From Candidatus Forterrea multitransposorum CG_2015-17_Forterrea_25_41 (lineage in GTDB: Archaea; Iainarchaeota; Iainarchaeia; Iainarchaeales; CSSED10-239), in assembly GCA_009392915.1 (NCBI GenBank), contig CP045477.1:192001-256000 (forward strand): a DNA stretch of 64,000 bases, written 5' to 3'. Shown piece after piece: positions 28,606-38,191 of the stretch. Under the pieces are notes generated by a model that was given only the letters and a program-made list of their open reading frames with translations, did no database searches and was not told the origin of the DNA. Positions within the stretch are counted from its first letter, which is position 1; every line of letters begins with the position of its first letter. The position numbers were made by a program, and so were the translations under genes.

Positions 28606-30342
28606 ATGAAAAAAATATTATTAATACTTTTAATAGTAGTTCTTTTACTACCTTCTTTTACATTTGCAAGGTCTTTATCCATAGATAATTATTCTATAGA
28701 TTATGTGATTAATACAGATGGACAAGTAAATGTTTCAGAAAAATTAACTTATACTTTAGAGAGGTGTTATACAGAGCTTTATCTTCAAAGACCAACTTCT
28801 CTACAAATACTAAATGCAAGTGGTTCTTGTGATGGAAAAGAATGTTTTTTTAGACATGACTTAAAAGATACCCCTTCAGGAGATCAAGAACTTGTTTTAA
28901 AAAGTAATTATTGTGATGAAACTGTAAATATTAATTTTGAATATTCTTTAACAAATGTTATAAATCAACTACAAGATGGTTATTTTCAATTTTATTATCA
29001 ACTTTATGGAAAAGAGACTGATTATTCTACAGATTTAAAAATATCTTTAACAATACCAAATAGTTTTGATAATACAGAATATTTTCTTCATTCAAAAGAT
29101 TATAACTTAAATGTAGTTAATAATCAATTGTTTTTTTCAAAGAAAGTTTTGCCAAAAGAACCAGTAGAGATTAATATTTTAATGCCTAGTAATTATCTTG
29201 TAAAATCTGATAAAATTAAATTAGATTCAACAACTTCTAATAATGTTAAAAATTTGGAAGAAAATTGGGAAAATGAGTATGATAAATATATAAAATCAAT
29301 AACTCCTTTATCTACATTTAATCAAATAATTATAATTTTCTTATATCTATTAATACCTTTTATTATATTTTTCTTAATTTGGAAAAAACATTCAAAAGAA
29401 TTTTCCAAAGAAGAAGTTGGTTTCTTTGAAGAATATTATAGAGAACTTCCTGATAATAAAGATCCTTTGTTTGCAAATTATTTTGTAAATGAAAAATTTT
29501 CTCAAAATTGGTTTTCATCAGGAATAATGTATCTTGTATGGAAAGAAAAATATTTGCTTGATAAGGAAGAAGATAATTATTTTTTAACAAGAACAGAAAA
29601 AGAAATTTCTCTTCCAGAATATGTTTCAAAGATTGATCAATTTATTTTTAAATATTTCAAAAATGATAAATTTAATGTTTTAGATATTTCTAAAAGTTTA
29701 AAAGGTCGTAATGTATTAAATGGAAATATTATAGATAATTATAAAAGATCTACTCAAATGTTAAATGATTTTAGAAAAATGGCAACAGAAATTGAGAAAG
29801 ATTATGATACTAAATTCTATAAGAACAAAGAAATTTATAATAGGAAAGGAAAAAAGTTTGCAAGTATTTTTTCAGGGTTTTATTTAATTGGTATTTTTAT
29901 ATATACTATGATAATTATAAATAGAATGCCACTTTTATTTATTTTTCTTATGTTAGTATTTGTAGCTACTTTATTTTTAATTAATTCAAGAGTATTTGGT
30001 AGATTTACAAAAGAAGGAAGAATAATTAATCTTAAATGGACTGGTTTTAAAAAATATATTACTGATTTTTCAGATATTAAAAACCATCCTCCAAAGCATG
30101 TTATTCTTTGGGAAGAATATTTAGTTTATGCAACTTCTTTTGGTATTGCAAGAACAGTTTTAAAAAATATTAAATCTTTAAATTTAGAAACTTTTAATAA
30201 TAATTCAAGACTTGGTGTCTATTCTTCATTTATTGTTTCAAATAGTTTTTCAAATTTAAATACTCTTTCATCAACTTCTTCTTCAGGTTCAGGAGGAGGT
30301 TTTGGTGGAGGTGGTGGTGGCGGCGGTGCCGGTGGAAGATAA
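28606..30342 (+). CDS. DUF2207-family membrane protein (signal peptide, extracellular domain, TM segments, C-terminal poly-Gly tail)
   Basis: 578-aa ORF; N-term signal, TM helices at ~aa 235-260 and 420-460, C-terminus SGSGGGFGGGGGGGGAGGR characteristic of DUF2207 proteins. Confidence 0.6.
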   Translation: MKKILLILLIVVLLLPSFTFARSLSIDNYSIDYVINTDGQVNVSEKLTYTLERCYTELYLQRPTSLQILNASGSCDGKECFFRHDLKDTPSGDQELVLKSNYCDETVNINFEYSLTNVINQLQDGYFQFYYQLYGKETDYSTDLKISLTIPNSFDNTEYFLHSKDYNLNVVNNQLFFSKKVLPKEPVEINILMPSNYLVKSDKIKLDSTTSNNVKNLEENWENEYDKYIKSITPLSTFNQIIIIFLYLLIPFIIFFLIWKKHSKEFSKEEVGFFEEYYRELPDNKDPLFANYFVNEKFSQNWFSSGIMYLVWKEKYLLDKEEDNYFLTRTEKEISLPEYVSKIDQFIFKYFKNDKFNVLDISKSLKGRNVLNGNIIDNYKRSTQMLNDFRKMATEIEKDYDTKFYKNKEIYNRKGKKFASIFSGFYLIGIFIYTMIIINRMPLLFIFLMLVFVATLFLINSRVFGRFTKEGRIINLKWTGFKKYITDFSDIKNHPPKHVILWEEYLVYATSFGIARTVLKNIKSLNLETFNNNSRLGVYSSFIVSNSFSNLNTLSSTSSSGSGGGFGGGGGGGGAGGR

Positions 30343-30388
30343 ACCTTTTAAAATAGAAGGTATATATTATTATTAAAAATAAATGTAG

Positions 30389-32806
30389 GTGTATGAAAAT
30401 ATGAATAAAGACAAATATATTTTATGGTTTAAAGAAATTTCAATTGAAGATGTTCCTATTGTTGGAGGAAAAAATGCATCTTTAGGAGAAATGTATAGAA
30501 ATTTAACTAAAAAAGGAGTTTCAATTCCTAATGGTTTTGCAATAACTGCTGATGCTTATAGATATTTACTTGAAAAAGATAAAATTTCACAAGAGATAAA
30601 ATCAACTTTAAAAGATTTAGATGTAAATAATTTAAAACAACTTTCAGAAAAAGGTTCTAAAATAAGAAAAATGATTAGAACTGCAGAAATTCCTCAAGAT
30701 CTTGAAAAACAAATTATTGATTCTTATTATACTTTATCAAAACAAGAGAAAACAAAAGAACTTGATGTTGCTGTAAGATCTTCTGCAACTGCTGAAGATT
30801 TGCCTGATGCTTCATTTGCTGGACAACAAGAAACTTATTTAAACATTAGAGGCCCTGAAGAGCTTTTAGATGCTTGTAAAAAATGTTTTGCTTCACTTTT
30901 CACAAATAGAGCAATAGCTTACAGAGTAGAAAAGAAATTTGATCACACAAAAGTTGCTCTTTCAATAACTGTTCAAAAAATGGTAAGAAGTGATTTAGCA
31001 TCTTCAGGTGTAATGTTTTCAATAGATACAGAAACTGGTTTTAGAGATGCTGTAGTTATTAATGGTGCTTATGGTCTTGGAGAAAATGTTGTTCAAGGTG
31101 CTGTTAATCCTGATGAATTTATGGTTTTTAAACCTACATTAAAACAAGGAAAGAATGCTATAATTTCAAAAAGACTTGGTGAAAAAGCAATTAAAATGGT
31201 TTATGATACTCAAGGTAATAAACCTGTTAAAAATATAAATGTTGATATTAATCATAGAAATCAATTTTGTATAACTGATAAAGATGTTATTACTTTAGCA
31301 AAATGGGCTTGTATTATTGAAGATTATTATTCTCAAAAAGCAGGACACTATAAACCAATGGATATGGAATGGGCAATTGATGGTGTTACTAAAAAAGTAT
31401 ATATTGTTCAAGCAAGACCAGAAACTGTTCAATCAAATAAAAATTTAAGTCAAATTGAAACCTATTCTATTTTAGAAGAGAAAGAAGCAATAGTTACAGG
31501 TATTTCAATTGGTCAAAAAATAGCAACAGGAAATGCTTCAATTATTAAAGATGTAAAAGATATTAATAAATTTAAAAAAGGAGATATCTTAATTACAGAA
31601 ATGACAGATCCTGATTGGGTACCTATTATGAAAATTGCTTCAGGTATTGTTACAAACAAAGGAGGAAAAACTTGTCATGCTGCAATTATTGCAAGAGAAC
31701 TTGGAATACCTTGTATTGTTGGAACAATAGATGCTACTTTAAAAATAAAAGATAAGTCTCCAATAACAATTGATTGTTCATCAGGAGATTATGGTTTTGT
31801 GTATGAAGGAACTTTAAAGTTTAAAAAAGATGTTCAAGATATTAAAAAAATACCTATAACAAAAACAAAAATAATGTTAAATGTTGGAAATCCAGAACAA
31901 GCTTTAGAACAATCTTTCCTTCCAGCAGATGGTGTAGGTCTTGCAAGAGAAGAATTTATTATTAATTCTTGGATAAAAATACATCCTTTAGCTTTAATTA
32001 ACTATAATAAAATAAAAGATAAAAAAGTAAAAGAAGAAATAGATAAGTTAACAATAGGGTATAGTAATAAAGTAGATTATTTTGTAGATAAATTATCTCA
32101 AGGTATTGCAAGAATAGCTGCTGCTTTTTATCCTAAAAAAGTTATCTTAAGAACTTCTGATTTTAAGACAGATGAGTATGCAAATTTAATTGGTGGAAAA
32201 GAATATGAACCAATTGAATCTAATCCAATGCTTGGATGGAGAGGTGCTTCAAGATATTATCAAGGAAACTATAGAGAAGGTTTTGCTTTAGAGTGTAAGG
32301 CTATTAAAAGAGTTAGAGAAGATATGGGTCTTACAAATTTAGAAGTAATGATACCTTTTTGTAGAACACTTGATGAAGCTAAAAAAGTAATTGCTGAACT
32401 TAAGAAAAATGGTTTAGAACAAGGTAAAAATGGTCTTAAAGTTATTGGTATGTGTGAGATTCCTTCAAATGTAATTTTAGCTGAAGAATTTTTAAATATC
32501 TTTGATGGTTTTTCAATAGGTTCAAATGACTTAACACAATTAACTTTAGGTCTTGATAGAAATTCAGAAATTGTTGCAAGTATTTATGATGAAAGAAATC
32601 CTGCAGTAAAGGAACTTATTACAAATGTTGTAAAGATTGCAAAAAAGAAAAAGAAATACATAGGTATCTGTGGACAAGCACCTTCTGATTATCCTGACTT
32701 TGCTGAGTTTTTAGTATCTATTGGTATTGATTCTATGAGTTTAAATCCAGATACTTTAATTAAGACAAAAATATTAGTTGCAAACAAAGAAAAATCTAAA
32801 AAATAG
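30389..32806 (+). CDS. ppsA: Phosphoenolpyruvate synthase (pyruvate, water dikinase)
   Basis: 805-aa ORF; N-terminal ATP-grasp region, mobile phospho-His domain GGKTCHAAIIARELGIPCIVG, C-terminal PEP-utilising TIM barrel (MLGWRGASRY...GSNDLTQL). Confidence 0.9.
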   Translation: MYENMNKDKYILWFKEISIEDVPIVGGKNASLGEMYRNLTKKGVSIPNGFAITADAYRYLLEKDKISQEIKSTLKDLDVNNLKQLSEKGSKIRKMIRTAEIPQDLEKQIIDSYYTLSKQEKTKELDVAVRSSATAEDLPDASFAGQQETYLNIRGPEELLDACKKCFASLFTNRAIAYRVEKKFDHTKVALSITVQKMVRSDLASSGVMFSIDTETGFRDAVVINGAYGLGENVVQGAVNPDEFMVFKPTLKQGKNAIISKRLGEKAIKMVYDTQGNKPVKNINVDINHRNQFCITDKDVITLAKWACIIEDYYSQKAGHYKPMDMEWAIDGVTKKVYIVQARPETVQSNKNLSQIETYSILEEKEAIVTGISIGQKIATGNASIIKDVKDINKFKKGDILITEMTDPDWVPIMKIASGIVTNKGGKTCHAAIIARELGIPCIVGTIDATLKIKDKSPITIDCSSGDYGFVYEGTLKFKKDVQDIKKIPITKTKIMLNVGNPEQALEQSFLPADGVGLAREEFIINSWIKIHPLALINYNKIKDKKVKEEIDKLTIGYSNKVDYFVDKLSQGIARIAAAFYPKKVILRTSDFKTDEYANLIGGKEYEPIESNPMLGWRGASRYYQGNYREGFALECKAIKRVREDMGLTNLEVMIPFCRTLDEAKKVIAELKKNGLEQGKNGLKVIGMCEIPSNVILAEEFLNIFDGFSIGSNDLTQLTLGLDRNSEIVASIYDERNPAVKELITNVVKIAKKKKKYIGICGQAPSDYPDFAEFLVSIGIDSMSLNPDTLIKTKILVANKEKSKK

Positions 32807-33121
32807 ATTTTTTTCTTTTTTTCTTTTTTTTTTATAATATAAAATTATTTTTTAAAAATAAAAATAACTACTTAATTTTCAATAATTTATCTTTACATAA
32901 TTATTTTTTGATTTGTAAACCATTATTAGAATATGGTTTGAAATACAAAAACATTCTTTTTAAATTATATTTGATTTACTCTATAATTCCTAAAAAAGAC
33001 TTTTTTTAGAAAACCAAATTAGATTGTAAAAGTAACTGTCAAACAGTCATTTTTTTTCTTTACAATTTAATAAAAACAAGTACTTTCAAACTAGTAAGAT
33101 TCATACAGTGGAGGAATAACT

Positions 33122-33367
33122 ATGCCTAGTAAAAGACAGAAAGGAATGGTTTTAATATCCGTAATTGCAACAGCTTTGTTTGTTTTATCAAATATTTTCT
33201 TTATTACTTTAAGTAGTAATGATTTAAAACAAACAGATATAAGCTATCAAGATAGAATTTCACAATATAAGATGCCTTTTTCAACAGCTCCTTATTGTGG
33301 AGATTTAACTTGTAATTATTCTTACGGAGAAAATCCATTAAATTGTCCTCAAGATTGTTATATGTAG
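33122..33367 (+). CDS. Small secreted Cys-rich protein, hypothetical
   Basis: 81-aa ORF with signal/anchor and C-terminal CGDLTCNYSYGENPLNCPQDCYM; GGAGG RBS. Confidence 0.35.
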   Translation: MPSKRQKGMVLISVIATALFVLSNIFFITLSSNDLKQTDISYQDRISQYKMPFSTAPYCGDLTCNYSYGENPLNCPQDCYM

Positions 33368-33489
33368 GATGATTTTTCTTTTTCTTTTTTTTTTATTAAA
33401 AACATTTGTTTTTATTCTTTTTTATTCATAATATAATATACTATTTATTTTAATATTAAATAGATTTCACAAAAAAGGGGGAATTAATT

Positions 33490-34041
33490 ATGGCAGTTTG
33501 GTTAATTATTTTGATCATAGTTGGTGTACTTCTTTTAATTGTGTTTGGTATCTATAATAGTTTAATAAGATTAAGAAACAGAGTTAAAAATTCTTGGAGT
33601 CAAATCGATGTTCAATTAAAGAAAAGATTTGATTTAGTTCCAAACTTAATTGAAACTGTTAAAGGATATATGACACATGAAAAAGAGACTTTAACTAAGA
33701 TTACTCAACTAAGATCTCAAGCAATGAGTGCAACTGATATGAGTATGAAAGCAAAAGCTAATAATCAACTTTCAAAAGCTTTATCAGGTTTAAATATTGC
33801 TGTTGAAAGTTATCCTGATTTAAAAGCAAGTCAGAATTTTTTAATGCTTCAAGAAGAACTTTCAGGTATTGAAAATAAAATTGCATATGCAAGACAATTC
33901 TATAATGATTCAGTAATGATTTATAACAATAAAATAGAAATGTTTCCATCAAACATCTTTGCAAGCATGTTTAATTTTAAGAAAGAACAATTTTTCGAAG
34001 CACCAGAAGAAGAAAGAAAGAATGTTAAGGTTTCTTTCTAA
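33490..34041 (+). CDS. lemA: LemA family membrane protein
   Basis: 183-aa ORF; N-terminal TM then IYNSLIRLRNRVKNSWSQIDVQLKKRFDLVPNLIETVKGY...KALSGLNIAVESYPDLKA typical of LemA. Confidence 0.8.
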   Translation: MAVWLIILIIVGVLLLIVFGIYNSLIRLRNRVKNSWSQIDVQLKKRFDLVPNLIETVKGYMTHEKETLTKITQLRSQAMSATDMSMKAKANNQLSKALSGLNIAVESYPDLKASQNFLMLQEELSGIENKIAYARQFYNDSVMIYNNKIEMFPSNIFASMFNFKKEQFFEAPEEERKNVKVSF

Positions 34042-34108
34042 TTCTTTTTTTTCTTTTTTTTTACAAACATATAAATACTTTATTGTGTATATTTATTTAT
34101 AAGATAAA

Positions 34109-34301
34109 GGGGACATGGGGTAGCCAGGTTAACCTTACAGGCTCCAGATATTTTTTAAATTAGAAAGTAATCTGGAACGCAGGATGTTTTTTTTTAAAAA
34201 AAACAGATGATTGATATTATACAGGTTTGTTTAATTTTATATTTATATAAAATTGAAATAGGAGAAACCTGTAGACCCGGGTTCGAATCCCGGTGTCCCC
34301 A
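34109..34301 (+). tRNA. tRNA-Trp (anticodon CCA) with a ~119-nt intron at the canonical 37/38 position
   Basis: 5' exon GGGGACA-TG-GGGT...ACCT-T-ACAGG-CTCCAG (34109-34147); 3' exon A-CCTGT-AGAC-CCGGG-TTCGAAT-CCCGG-TGTCCCC-A (34267-34301); intervening AT-rich 34148-34266. Confidence 0.75.
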
Positions 34302-34340
34302 TATCTTTCTTTTTTTATAAATTTTAAATTTTGATTATAA

Positions 34341-35324
34341 ATGATTTTTAGCTATTCTTCTTTTTTTAGTATTAAGCATGAAGATTTAAAAATAAATTTT
34401 GATCAAAATAAAGCTTGTTCTTTAGATGAATATCTTTTTTTAACACATGCACATACAGATCATGTTTGTAATACTTCTCAAAAGACTTTTGCAACTAAAG
34501 AAACTATTTCTCTTTTAGAGAATAGATATGATAATAATAAATTTAATTTTATAGAACTTGAATATAATAAACCATATTTTCTTAAAGCCGATTTTAAAGT
34601 TACTGCTTTAAATGCTGGACATATTTTAGGCAGTTCAATGTTTTTATTTGAAACTAATGATACATCTTTACTTTACACTGGAGATTTTAACACTAAAGAT
34701 TCTATTCTTTTAAAAGGTGCAAAACCAGTTATTGCAGATTATTTAGTTATTGATTCAACTTTTGGAAGAGAAGAGTTTTATTTTAAAGAAAGAAGTTTAG
34801 TTTATGATGATTTATTAAAAAAAATAAAACAAGATCTTTTTGAAAATAAATTTATAATTCTTGCAGGATATTCTTTAGGTAAAAATCAAGAAATAATTGC
34901 TTTTTTAAATAAATATCTAAATATAACTCCTTTAGTTGATAAAGAAACATATAGGTATTCTAAAATATATAACACCCATAATAATAATTTAAATTTTATT
35001 CTTTTAGATCATAATATTTATTCTTCAAATGTTTTAGTTATGCCTTTATCTTTAATGAATAGAAATTTAATTAAAAGTTTAGAACATCAAATCTATAAAA
35101 AAATATCTCCTTATGTTCTAACAGGTTGGAAATATTCAAGAGGAGCAAATCTTGTAAATGTTTCTGATCATTGTGATTTTAATTCTTTATTAGATTTTAT
35201 AAATGTTGTAAATCCTAAAAAAGTATTTACAATTCATGGTTTTACTAAAGATTTTGCAGATAGTATTAATTATAAGTTAGGAATTGAGGCTCAATGTGTT
35301 TCTTCCTTAAATAAAAAACTTTAA
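34341..35324 (+). CDS. Metallo-beta-lactamase fold hydrolase (possibly beta-CASP-like nuclease)
   Basis: 327-aa ORF with THAHTDH (HxHxDH) motif, later NAGHILGS His, VSDHCD and TIHGF motifs. Confidence 0.5.
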   Translation: MIFSYSSFFSIKHEDLKINFDQNKACSLDEYLFLTHAHTDHVCNTSQKTFATKETISLLENRYDNNKFNFIELEYNKPYFLKADFKVTALNAGHILGSSMFLFETNDTSLLYTGDFNTKDSILLKGAKPVIADYLVIDSTFGREEFYFKERSLVYDDLLKKIKQDLFENKFIILAGYSLGKNQEIIAFLNKYLNITPLVDKETYRYSKIYNTHNNNLNFILLDHNIYSSNVLVMPLSLMNRNLIKSLEHQIYKKISPYVLTGWKYSRGANLVNVSDHCDFNSLLDFINVVNPKKVFTIHGFTKDFADSINYKLGIEAQCVSSLNKKL

Positions 35325-35370
35325 ATAAATCTTTTTATATTTCTTTAGATATATATTTATATTAGGTGAA

Positions 35371-36285
35371 ATGATTATGGATTCTTATAAAACAGATTTT
35401 TATAGAGAAGTTAGAGTTAATAATTTGAAGACATATATGTTATTTTTCTTTTTTTTTATATTTATAGGGCTTATAGGTGTTGCTTTATATTTTATATTTT
35501 CTGACTTAGGTGTTGGTATTTTATTTTTTGCAGGGCTATTTGCTATAATATATGCTTTAGTTGGATATTTTGCAGGAGATAAAATTGTACTTTCAACCTC
35601 AAGAGCAAAACCAATAGATCCAAATAATAATCCAAAACATAAGCAATTAGATAATTTAGTTGAAGGTCTTTCTATGGCTGCAGGAATTCCAAAACCAAAA
35701 GTATATATTATTCAAGATAAATCTCCAAATGCTTTTGCAACTGGAAGAAATCCTGAAAATTCATCAGTTGCAGTAACCTCTGGGCTTTTAGAAGTTTTAA
35801 ATAGAGAAGAGCTTGAGGGTGTAATTGCTCATGAACTTTCTCATATTAAAAACAGAGATATAAAAGTTATGACAATGGCAACTGTTCTTTTTGGTCTTGT
35901 TATGATGGTTTCAGATATTGCTTTAAGAGGAATTATTTTTGGAGGTGCTTCTGGAGGAGGAAATGATAATAAAAGTCCTGTTCTTTTAATTATTGCTATA
36001 ATTTTTGTAATTCTTTCTCCTATTATTGCTGCAATGATACAAATGTCAATTTCAAGAAAAAGAGAATATTTAGCAGATGCATCAGGTGCACAAATTACAA
36101 GATATCCTAAAGGACTTTCAAATGCTTTAAGAAAAATTTCTGGAGTTAATATTCCTGTTTCAGGTGCTTCAAGAGGGAGTGCTCATCTTTATATTGCAAA
36201 TCCTTTTAGAGGTAAAAGTTTTTCTGGAATGTTTGCAACACATCCTCCTATTGAAGAAAGAATAAAAAGACTTGATGCAATGTAA
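35371..36285 (+). CDS. htpX: Zinc metalloprotease HtpX (peptidase M48)
   Basis: 304-aa ORF; TM helices flanking HELSHIKNRD (HExxH) and downstream Glu; architecture of HtpX. Confidence 0.85.
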   Translation: MIMDSYKTDFYREVRVNNLKTYMLFFFFFIFIGLIGVALYFIFSDLGVGILFFAGLFAIIYALVGYFAGDKIVLSTSRAKPIDPNNNPKHKQLDNLVEGLSMAAGIPKPKVYIIQDKSPNAFATGRNPENSSVAVTSGLLEVLNREELEGVIAHELSHIKNRDIKVMTMATVLFGLVMMVSDIALRGIIFGGASGGGNDNKSPVLLIIAIIFVILSPIIAAMIQMSISRKREYLADASGAQITRYPKGLSNALRKISGVNIPVSGASRGSAHLYIANPFRGKSFSGMFATHPPIEERIKRLDAM

Positions 36286-36384
36286 TTTTTTTAAAGGAAA
36301 TATATTTTCTTAAATTATGTGTGGGCATATACTCCACATTACTTTTTAAATTATTCTTAACTAAATATATTTGGTGATTATTAA

Positions 36385-36606
36385 ATGGCTAATATGACTT
36401 TAAGTATACCTGATGATCTTTTAAAAGAATTAAAAAAACACTCTTATATTAAATGGAGTGAAGTTGCAAGAATTGCTTTTGAAGAAAAGGTAAGTGCTTT
36501 AGAAAGAATAGATGTTTTTAAAGAATTTCAAGAAGCTGAAAGAGATTTTAAAGATGGAAAAAGTATTTCTTTAGAACAATTAAAAAAGGAACTTGGTAAA
36601 AAATGA
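36385..36606 (+). CDS. Small ribbon-helix-helix (CopG/antitoxin-like) DNA-binding protein
   Basis: 73-aa ORF, N-term MTLSIPDDLLKELKK beta-strand + helix pattern; stop overlaps start of next gene (ATGA). Confidence 0.4.
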   Translation: MANMTLSIPDDLLKELKKHSYIKWSEVARIAFEEKVSALERIDVFKEFQEAERDFKDGKSISLEQLKKELGKK

Positions 36607-37673
36607 TTGAAGAAGAAATTGTAAATTTAATTTCAAAGATTTATGAAAAAAACCAAAGTGTTGTATCTATTTTTAAAGAAAATAATTTTTCTTTACAAAA
36701 GTCATTTTATAATCCTGAAGAAAATATAATTAATCCTATTGTTATTGAAAAAAATCAAAATTTATCATTTTTAGGAGTTGATTCTGGTTTTGTAAATAAA
36801 CAATTTAATTTTGCAAATTTAATTATTATTAAAGAAGCAGGAGCTTTATTTAATTATAAAGATTCAAAACTTTCTTCTGTTAAATATTTTCCAAAAATAT
36901 ATAATATTGCAAAACCATATCTTACAACTTCTTCTTTAGAAATTGAAGAAATTATTTGGAATACTTCTATTCTAAGGCTTAAAAAAGAACTTTCTCTTTC
37001 AAAAAAAATTATGGAATCTGAAAAAGTAAATTTTTCTTTAATAGATGGTTCTATTATTCCTCAATATTTATCTAAACCTTCAAAAGATTCAAAATATTAT
37101 AAAGATTATTCTTTTCTTTTATCCTTATTTTTTTCACTTTATGAAATTTCTAAAAATAAAAAAATATTTTTAGTAGGGTGTGTTGAAGATTCTAGAGCTG
37201 ATAGATTTTTTAATATTTTAAAAAATAATTATTTTAAAGATAAAATAAATTTTGATCTTTCAGATTCTTTTTTAGTATTTTCTCTTCTTTCAAAAAATCA
37301 AAGAACTTGTGTTTTTAGATATACTGATGATTTAAGAGAGCATCCTATCTTAAAAGATTTTCCAAAAGAAATTGTTGATAATTTATATGTTTGTTATTTA
37401 AAGCTTTCAGAAGAGGATTATCCTTTAAGAATAGAATTTATTTATTTTAAAGAATTTGGAATGTCTTTAAAAGAATATACAGATTATATAATTTCAAATA
37501 TTGCGTCTATCTCTTCTTTTAATAAAAGATATATATATCCTGCACCATTAATTGAAGCTGATTTACAGAGTAGACTAAAAATACAAGAAATTGATTTATT
37601 GGTTAGAAATTTTCTTGAAAAAACTAAAAAGTTTGGTCTTAAAGTGCCAAGAAGAGAAGCAAGGTCTTTTTGA
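36603..37673 (+). CDS. Hypothetical protein, possible NurA-like nuclease domain
   Basis: 356-aa ORF translationally coupled to upstream RHH gene; motifs FLGVDSGF, LIDGSIIPQ and GCVEDSRADRF reminiscent of NurA-family acidic motifs; tentative. Confidence 0.3.
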   Translation: MIEEEIVNLISKIYEKNQSVVSIFKENNFSLQKSFYNPEENIINPIVIEKNQNLSFLGVDSGFVNKQFNFANLIIIKEAGALFNYKDSKLSSVKYFPKIYNIAKPYLTTSSLEIEEIIWNTSILRLKKELSLSKKIMESEKVNFSLIDGSIIPQYLSKPSKDSKYYKDYSFLLSLFFSLYEISKNKKIFLVGCVEDSRADRFFNILKNNYFKDKINFDLSDSFLVFSLLSKNQRTCVFRYTDDLREHPILKDFPKEIVDNLYVCYLKLSEEDYPLRIEFIYFKEFGMSLKEYTDYIISNIASISSFNKRYIYPAPLIEADLQSRLKIQEIDLLVRNFLEKTKKFGLKVPRREARSF

Positions 37674-37754
37674 TTAATATATTTTAAATTTTCTAAACAT
37701 TTATAAACTTAATGTGTTACTATTTTATTATATTTTAATAATTATTAAAAATAG

Positions 37755-38174
37755 GTGATTAAATTGAAATTAAAAAAATTAAGTTTTATATTTATTTTAT
37801 TTGCTTTTTTAGTTTTTTCTGCAATTAATGTTTCTGCAGATATAACTACTAGAAGTCTTCCAACAATATATAAAGTTACAGGAGATATTGATATTCCTTC
37901 TCCAGGAACTAATTATTATTTTTTAGTAACATCTGTTAAAAACGGAACTACTTTATATCCTGTTTCAAAAACTCAATGTGCACAATATACTGTTTTGAAA
38001 GATCAATTAACTCAAGGTATGTTTATTGGTCCAATATCTTCAGAAGTTACAGGTTATAATAATAAAAGTTTTACTTTAAGATTAATGATACAAAAGTATA
38101 GTAGTCAAAGTTTATGTCAAACTGGAAATAATTCTATTAGTATGACAGGCAATTTAGGAGAACTTTATAGTTAG
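37755..38174 (+). CDS. Small secreted protein, hypothetical
   Basis: 139-aa ORF with signal peptide (FIFILFAFLVFSAINVSA), two Cys; TTG start suggested by ORF track. Confidence 0.4.
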   Translation: MIKLKLKKLSFIFILFAFLVFSAINVSADITTRSLPTIYKVTGDIDIPSPGTNYYFLVTSVKNGTTLYPVSKTQCAQYTVLKDQLTQGMFIGPISSEVTGYNNKSFTLRLMIQKYSSQSLCQTGNNSISMTGNLGELYS

Positions 38175-38191
38175 AGGGGGTTAGTTTATTT

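Noticed and set aside
29363-29629. 88-aa minus-strand ORF inside the DUF2207 gene
   Set aside because: It is antisense to the longer CDS and has no features of its own.
33758-33964. 68-aa minus-strand ORF inside lemA
   Set aside because: It is antisense to the conserved LemA CDS.
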